Below are positions 34,976 to 40,000 of a DNA stretch of 40,000 nt, in pieces (position 1 is the first letter of the stretch; the number at the start of each line of letters is the position of its first letter). The position numbers were made by a program, and so were the translations under genes. Source of the DNA: Actinomycetes bacterium (GTDB lineage Bacteria; Actinomycetota; Actinomycetes; Propionibacteriales; Nocardioidaceae). Under the pieces are notes generated by a model. The model saw nothing but the letters and a program-made list of their open reading frames with translations, did no database searches and was not told where the DNA came from. The stretch is from NCBI GenBank assembly GCA_023417775.1, contig JAEZEJ010000065.1, positions 2,239-42,238 of the forward strand. The letters are read 5' to 3'.

Positions 34976-35938
34976 TCAGGAGACGTCGAGGGTGAGCTCG
35001 GGGGTGAGCGCACGCGAGACGCAGACGAACATCGTCTGCTGCGCGCTCTTCTCGTCCTCGGTGAGCAGGAAGTCGCGATGGTCGACGGTGCCGGCGATCA
35101 CGCCGGTCTCGCAGGTGCCGCAGATGCCCTCCGTACATGAGCTCGGCATCGGGACCCCGGCGGCCTCCAGCGCGGCGAGAGCGGTGGTGTCGACCGGCAC
35201 GTGGATGCGGCGGCCGGAACCGGCGCAGACGATGTCGAAGGGCTGGTCCCCGCCCTCGGGCGGGGCGATGGGCTCGGGCGCCTTGAAGCGCTCGAGGCGC
35301 AGGCGGCCCGGGTCGGCCAACTGCTCCTCGACGGCGGCGAGCAGCGGCTCGGGGCCGCAGACATAGACGAGGGTGCGGTCGTCGACATCGGCGAGGGTCG
35401 CCGCCAGATCGGGCGGGCCTCCGGCCTCGTCGTCGGCATGCAGCTCCACCTTGCCGGCCCCGATCCGGTCCAGCTCGGGGAGGAAGGCCATGGTGGTGAC
35501 CCAGCGACCGGCGTAGAGCATGCGCCAGTCGGCGCCACGGTTCTCCAGTTCGCGGGCCATCGCGAGGATCGGGGTGATGCCGATGCCGCCCGCGATGAGC
35601 AGATAGCGCTCGGCGTCCTCGAGGCCGAAGTTGTTGCGGGGCCCGTCGACGGTGATCAGATCGCCGACGCGCAGCTCGGTGTGCACATAGGCGCTGCCGC
35701 CGCGTGAGCTCGGCTCCCGCAGGACCGCGACGGTCCAGCCGTCGCGGTCCTGCGGATCGGAGCAGAGAGAGAACTCCCGGACGAGACCCCCGGGGAGATG
35801 CAGCGCGAGGTGAGCGCCGGGCTGCCAGGAGGGCAGTTCCTCTCCTGACGGGTCGCAGAGCCGGACGCTCAGGACGCCGTCGGCCTCCCAGCGCATCTGG
35901 CCGACGCGCAGCTCGCGTGAATCATTCCTGGTGTCCAT
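34976..35938 (-). CDS. Phthalate-dioxygenase-reductase-type oxidoreductase (FMN/NAD(P)H domains + C-terminal plant-type 2Fe-2S)
   Basis: 320 aa. REFSLCS flavin motif, AGGIGITP NAD motif, CTEGICGTCETGV...FVCVS cluster motif. Confidence 0.9.
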   Translation of the reverse strand: MDTRNDSRELRVGQMRWEADGVLSVRLCDPSGEELPSWQPGAHLALHLPGGLVREFSLCSDPQDRDGWTVAVLREPSSRGGSAYVHTELRVGDLITVDGPRNNFGLEDAERYLLIAGGIGITPILAMARELENRGADWRMLYAGRWVTTMAFLPELDRIGAGKVELHADDEAGGPPDLAATLADVDDRTLVYVCGPEPLLAAVEEQLADPGRLRLERFKAPEPIAPPEGGDQPFDIVCAGSGRRIHVPVDTTALAALEAAGVPMPSSCTEGICGTCETGVIAGTVDHRDFLLTEDEKSAQQTMFVCVSRALTPELTLDVS

Positions 35939-35983
35939 CGCAGGTGTGCCTCCCTGTGGTGGTGAATCGGGCTGAGCCGAGGT

Positions 35984-36514
35984 TCAGTCGCGCGTGACGC
36001 CGTACATCTCCGACGTCTTGGGGTAGGTCGGCAGCTGGGGCTTCTGGGTGCCGATGATGACGCAGAAGAGCGCATCCTCGGTGCCCGGATTGCGCAGGCT
36101 GCGCGGCACGCCGGCCGGCACGACGATGAGGTCGCGGTAGCCGAGCACGCGGGTGGCGGTCTTGGTGCCGTCCTCGACATCGTGGACGGTGACCTCGACC
36201 TCGCCCTCGAGGACGAAGAAGGCCTCCTCGACGTCATTGTGCGTGTGCTCGGGGCCGACCGCGCCGGAGGGGAGCCGCATATTGGAGAAGGTGAAGCCCT
36301 TCGAGGGGATGATGTTGTCATCGCCCTCGTGGTTGCCCGTCGCGCCGGAGCCGACGTAGCGGATCTGGGCGCGGCGGAAGCGATCGCCGCCCTTCTGGGC
36401 CTGGAAGCCGAGCGTGTCCCAGTCCTCGTTGCGGGTCTCACGCGAGGCAATGCAGGAATCGATCAGCTGCTCGAGCTCGGGGTTGGCGTCGACATTCGCA
36501 TCGGTGGTGGTCAT
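35984..36514 (-). CDS. Cupin-domain metalloprotein, first gene of the operon
   Basis: 176 aa. GAAGGAG RBS. Cupin motif 1 GPEHTHNDVEEAFFVLEG and motif 2 region GYRDLIVVPAGVPRSLRN. Confidence 0.8.
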   Translation of the reverse strand: MTTTDANVDANPELEQLIDSCIASRETRNEDWDTLGFQAQKGGDRFRRAQIRYVGSGATGNHEGDDNIIPSKGFTFSNMRLPSGAVGPEHTHNDVEEAFFVLEGEVEVTVHDVEDGTKTATRVLGYRDLIVVPAGVPRSLRNPGTEDALFCVIIGTQKPQLPTYPKTSEMYGVTRD

Positions 36515-36534
36515 CGGGTGACTCCTTCAAGCTG

Positions 36535-36576
36535 TTGTTTCAGAGCTAAGATATTTAGTACTATGAGGCGTGTCAC
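36535..36576. promoter_or_regulatory. Candidate interleaved divergent promoters with AT-rich palindromes
   Basis: Plus strand: TTGTTT (36535-36540)-N18-TACTAT (36559-36564). Minus strand: GTGACA (complement 36571-36576)-N17-TATCTT (complement 36548-36553). CTAAgatatTTAG and TAGTACTA palindromes lie in between. By-eye match to sigma70-like consensus only. Confidence 0.35.
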
Positions 36577-36698
36577 GCTGCGCGTCAAGGCGTGATCGCT
36601 GAGAAAAGCGATATCCGAGCACGCGTGAGACGCCGATCGGCCCAGCTTCCCAGGGTTCACCGGTCGTTCAAAAATATCTTTGCCCTAAGGAGATTTTC

Positions 36699-38207
36699 AT
36701 GACTCTATCCACGGTTGACGGCATCGGTCCGGTCACCGGGTGGTCCGATGAGATCCTCGTGGCCGGCCGGTGGCGCCGTGGCGGCGGCGACCTCATCGAG
36801 ACGCGCGACCCCGCCACGGGGGATGTCGTGCACGCCTTCCACGGCGCGGCACTCGACGATGTCGAGGAGGCGGTCGCCGGCGGCCACGCGGCGGCGCGGG
36901 CGAGCGGCTGGCGCGATCTGCTGCCCCATGAGCGGGCCCGCGTGCTGTACCGGATCGGCGATCTCATCGAGGAGCGCGTCGATGAGATCGCCCGCGTCCA
37001 GACCGCGGACACCGGCAAGACGCTCGGGGAGACCCGCGCCCTCGCGGTGAGCGCGGCCGGCACCTTCCGCTATATGGCCGCGGCCCTGGAGACCATGGAG
37101 GAGTCGGTCACTCCGCAGCGCGGCGGCAGTCTCACGATGACGGTGCACGAGCCCTATGGGGTCGTCGCGGCGATCACCCCCTGGAACTCACCGATCGCCT
37201 CGGACGCGCAGAAGGTCGCTCCGGCACTGGCTGCGGGCAATGCGGTGGTGCTGAAGCCGCCGGTCTGGGCACCGCTCGTGTCCCTGCTGCTCGGCCGCAT
37301 CTGCGAGGAGGCGGGTCTCCCGCCGGGTCTGTTGTCGGTGCTCCCCGGCTCGGGGCGCATCATCGGCAATGCCCTCGTCGCGCATCCGGGCGTCGGCAAG
37401 ATCTCCTTCACCGGCGGCACCACGACCGGCCGCAGCATCGGGCGGGTCGCCGCCGAGAAGGTCATGCCCGTGACGCTCGAGCTCGGTGGGAAGTCCCCGA
37501 CGATCGTCTTCCCCGATGCCGATCTCGACCAGGCCGTCGCCGGGGTCGCCTATGGGATCTTCTCCTCCAGCGGTCAGAGCTGCATCGCCGGCTCGCGGGT
37601 ATTCGTCCACGCCGAGGTCTACGACGAGTTCGTGGGCCGCCTGGTGGAGCGTGCCGAGTCGCTGCGGGTCGGCCCGGGCACCGATCCGGCGACCGATATC
37701 GCGCCGATGGTCCATCACGACCATCGCGATCAGGTGGCGCAGATGGTGCGGCAGGCGGTCGATGAAGGGGCGCAGGTGCTCACCGGAGCCCGCGTGCCCG
37801 AGGACGAGGCGCTGTCCGCCGGCGCCTACTATCTGCCCACGATCCTTGCCGGGGTCCGCAATGAGGACGCCATCTGCCGCGAGGAGATCTTCGGCCCCGT
37901 CGCCGTGGTGCTGCCCTTCGAGGACGAGGGCGAGCTCATCGCCCAGGCCAATGACAACGACTTCGGCCTCGCCTGTGGGATCTGGACCGCCGACTACCGG
38001 CGCGCCTGGCGTGTCGCGCGGGCCGTCGAGGCGGGGACGGTCTGGATCAACACCTACAAGCAGTTCAGCATCTCGACGCCGTTCTCCGGGCACAAGGAGA
38101 GCGGCCTGGGCACGGAGAAGGGTCGCGACGGCATCGCCCAGTACATGCGCCAGAAGAGCCTGTACTGGGATCTCACCGGCGAGCCCATCCCCTGGGGCCG
38201 CCACTGA
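36699..38207 (+). CDS. NAD(P)+-dependent aldehyde dehydrogenase
   Basis: 502 aa. AAGGAG RBS. ITPWNSP, LELGGKSP, catalytic GQSCIAGSR, EEIFGPV. Confidence 0.92.
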   Translation: MTLSTVDGIGPVTGWSDEILVAGRWRRGGGDLIETRDPATGDVVHAFHGAALDDVEEAVAGGHAAARASGWRDLLPHERARVLYRIGDLIEERVDEIARVQTADTGKTLGETRALAVSAAGTFRYMAAALETMEESVTPQRGGSLTMTVHEPYGVVAAITPWNSPIASDAQKVAPALAAGNAVVLKPPVWAPLVSLLLGRICEEAGLPPGLLSVLPGSGRIIGNALVAHPGVGKISFTGGTTTGRSIGRVAAEKVMPVTLELGGKSPTIVFPDADLDQAVAGVAYGIFSSSGQSCIAGSRVFVHAEVYDEFVGRLVERAESLRVGPGTDPATDIAPMVHHDHRDQVAQMVRQAVDEGAQVLTGARVPEDEALSAGAYYLPTILAGVRNEDAICREEIFGPVAVVLPFEDEGELIAQANDNDFGLACGIWTADYRRAWRVARAVEAGTVWINTYKQFSISTPFSGHKESGLGTEKGRDGIAQYMRQKSLYWDLTGEPIPWGRH

Positions 38208-38225
38208 GAGCCTCAACGGGTTCGG

Positions 38226-38777
38226 TCAGCCGGCGTCGAGGTCGGGCTCGTCGCGGCGGCGCTCGGCCATCTCCAGGGAGACCTCCAGCCGGGAGAGCAG
38301 CTGCGCGAGCTGCTGCTGCTCGGTGCGGCTCAATCCGGCCAGCAGTGCGTTCTGCTCGGCGAAATGCCGTTGCAGGACGGTGTCGATGAGGTCCTTGCCC
38401 TCGGCGGTCAGCTGGATGTAGACGATCCGCCGGTCGTGCGGCTCCTTCGTCCGTTCGACCAGCCCGGCCCCGACGAGGCGGTCGATGCGCTGCGTGATGC
38501 CCCCGCTGCTGACCAGGCCGATCTCGGCGAGCTGTCCGGCGGTGCGCCGGTAGTCCGGTCCGCTGCGGCGCAAGGACGCCAGCACGTCGAAGGACGCGGT
38601 GGTGAGGTTGAACTCGGCGAGGATCTCGCTGACGAGCGCTTGGTAACGGAGGTCGCAGCGGTGCAGGCGCCCGAGCACACCGATGCTGCTCACGTCCAGG
38701 TCGGGGATCTCCCGGCTCCATTGGTCGATGATGAGGTCGACCAGGTCCGATGATCGCCTGGGGCGCGATGTCGCCAT
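38226..38777 (-). CDS. MarR-family transcriptional regulator
   Basis: 183 aa from ATG (complement 38775-38777). wHTH AGQLAEIGLVSSGGITQRIDRLVGAGLVERTKEPHDRRIVYIQLTAEG. Confidence 0.88.
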   Translation of the reverse strand: MATSRPRRSSDLVDLIIDQWSREIPDLDVSSIGVLGRLHRCDLRYQALVSEILAEFNLTTASFDVLASLRRSGPDYRRTAGQLAEIGLVSSGGITQRIDRLVGAGLVERTKEPHDRRIVYIQLTAEGKDLIDTVLQRHFAEQNALLAGLSRTEQQQLAQLLSRLEVSLEMAERRRDEPDLDAG

Positions 38778-39037
38778 TGCTGAAATCTCCTCAGCGGTAA
38801 GGTGTCGCACCGTAGTGGGGTGCGACCTGACAGTATCTCGCGGGAGGGTCACGTCTGTGGTTTGCCTACCCTCACAAAAGATACTCGATCCGATGGTAGT
38901 CATCCCTCACTTGATGTCGTGCAGGTAAAAAAAGTCTCTTAGAGCTTGACCTCTTAGGTAAAAGATGTCCACACTGGTGCGACATCAGCGACGTGATCGG
39001 GGACACACCCCGGTCCACCCCCCCCAGGAGTTCACGG

Positions 39038-40000
39038 ATGCGCACACGCTGGAAGATCGCGGCCCTCGCCGCCACCACGCCCTTGCTACTCACCGCCTGC
39101 GGCGGCGACGGAGGTGGCGACGGAGGCAGTGGCGGCGACGAGCTCACCGAGGTCACTGTCGGCGTGCTCCCGCTCGCCGACTACGCGCCGGTCTACTGGG
39201 CACAGGATCACGGTCAGTACGAGGAGCAGGGCCTGAAGGTGACCTTCGAGCCGCTGCAGGGGGGCCCGGTCGGCATCCAGCAGGTCGTGGCGGGGGAGCT
39301 CGACTTCGCCTTCTCCAATGCCATCAGCTCCACCGTGGCCAGCGCCCAGGGTGCCCCGGTGCAGACCATCGCCCTCGTGAGCGGCCTCGGCGAGGACGAG
39401 CTCGGGGTCTTCGTCAATCCCGACTCGCCGATCGAGGAGCTCGCGGATCTGGACGGCGCGACCGTCGGCATCAACACCACCAACAACATCGGCGACGTGA
39501 CCTTCGCTCGCCATGCCCGCGACGAAGGGGTCGACGCCGAGCCCGAATGGGTCGAGGTGCCCTTCCCCGAGATGATCGCTGGCGTGCAGAACGGATCGAT
39601 CGAGGCCGGCTACCTGCCCGAGCCCTTCGCCACCTCCGCGCGCCAGGCCGGCCTGCGTCAGGTCGCGAACCTCGTCCAGGGGGAGACGGTCGGTCTGCCG
39701 GTCTCGACCTTCGTCACCAGCACCCAGTTCGCCAACTCCGATGCGGACACGGTCGAGCGCTTCGCCAAGGCACTGAACGCCGCCCGCGACGACATGGAGG
39801 GCAAGGACGACGAGTTCCGCTCCTGGTGGCCCGAGGCCACCGACGCCGATCCCGATGCGACGGCCGAGATGCATCTGCCCGTGCTCGACGTGCAGCTCAG
39901 CGTCGAGGGCATGCAGGACATCGCCGACTTCATGGCCGAGCTGGGAATCATCGAAGAAGGCTACGACGCGTCCGAGTTCACCGTCGTCAACGAGGACTGA
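39038..40000 (+). CDS. ABC-transporter substrate-binding lipoprotein (NMT1/THI5-like, NitT/TauT family)
   Basis: AGGAG RBS. Signal peptide with lipobox LLLTAC. VGVLPLADYAPVYWAQDHGQYEEQGLKV...LDFAFSN is typical of the family. Stop at 39998-40000. Confidence 0.82.
   Translation: MRTRWKIAALAATTPLLLTACGGDGGGDGGSGGDELTEVTVGVLPLADYAPVYWAQDHGQYEEQGLKVTFEPLQGGPVGIQQVVAGELDFAFSNAISSTVASAQGAPVQTIALVSGLGEDELGVFVNPDSPIEELADLDGATVGINTTNNIGDVTFARHARDEGVDAEPEWVEVPFPEMIAGVQNGSIEAGYLPEPFATSARQAGLRQVANLVQGETVGLPVSTFVTSTQFANSDADTVERFAKALNAARDDMEGKDDEFRSWWPEATDADPDATAEMHLPVLDVQLSVEGMQDIADFMAELGIIEEGYDASEFTVVNED

Overview
High-GC actinobacterial chromosome segment (GC judged by eye, not computed). It is gene-dense on both strands, and synteny matches the conserved Actinomycetota region around topA.

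Three blocks:
(i) 1-5.9 kb: the end of a PaaK-like ligase / ThDP-enzyme operon with a GntR regulator and a perfect 14-bp palindrome as candidate operator. It also holds an orphan LytS-type histidine kinase abutting a methyltransferase-like gene, and a conserved hypothetical gene.
(ii) 5.9-24.5 kb: conserved core.
- a 366-bp ORF-free gap
- a HAD-IB hydrolase
- the actinobacterial Tad-like 'helicase/secretion neighbourhood': ssd/cpaE-like, tadA, tadB, tadC, two tandem Flp-like prepilins, two TadE-like genes and a convergent DEAH/DUF1998 helicase
- a STAS antagonist, a methyltransferase and an MFS transporter
- topA, tmk and holB
- a secreted alpha/beta hydrolase, chorismate mutase and tRNA-Thr(CGT)
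(iii) 24.5-40 kb: accessory-looking block after the tRNA.
- a small acidic ORF, a puromycin-acetyltransferase-like GNAT and a membrane protein
- a 13-gene, tightly coupled minus-strand catabolic operon: cupin, PDR-type reductase, extradiol dioxygenase, NadX-like dehydrogenase, hydrolase, two SDRs, ThDP enzyme, degenerate alpha/beta-fold protein, small HTH-like protein, Rieske oxygenase, hypothetical protein, RidA
- a divergent aldehyde dehydrogenase, a MarR regulator and a lipoprotein ABC substrate-binding protein

I saw no CRISPR array, IS/transposase, integrase, rRNA or recognisable defence genes.

The best candidates for something undescribed are the catabolic operon, whose enzyme mix I cannot map to a textbook pathway, and the poorly understood Tad-like/helicase neighbourhood with its duplicated pilin and inter-pilin hairpin. 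The 366-bp ORF-free gap is a possible sRNA locus. All functional calls rest on motif recognition by eye; no database search was run.
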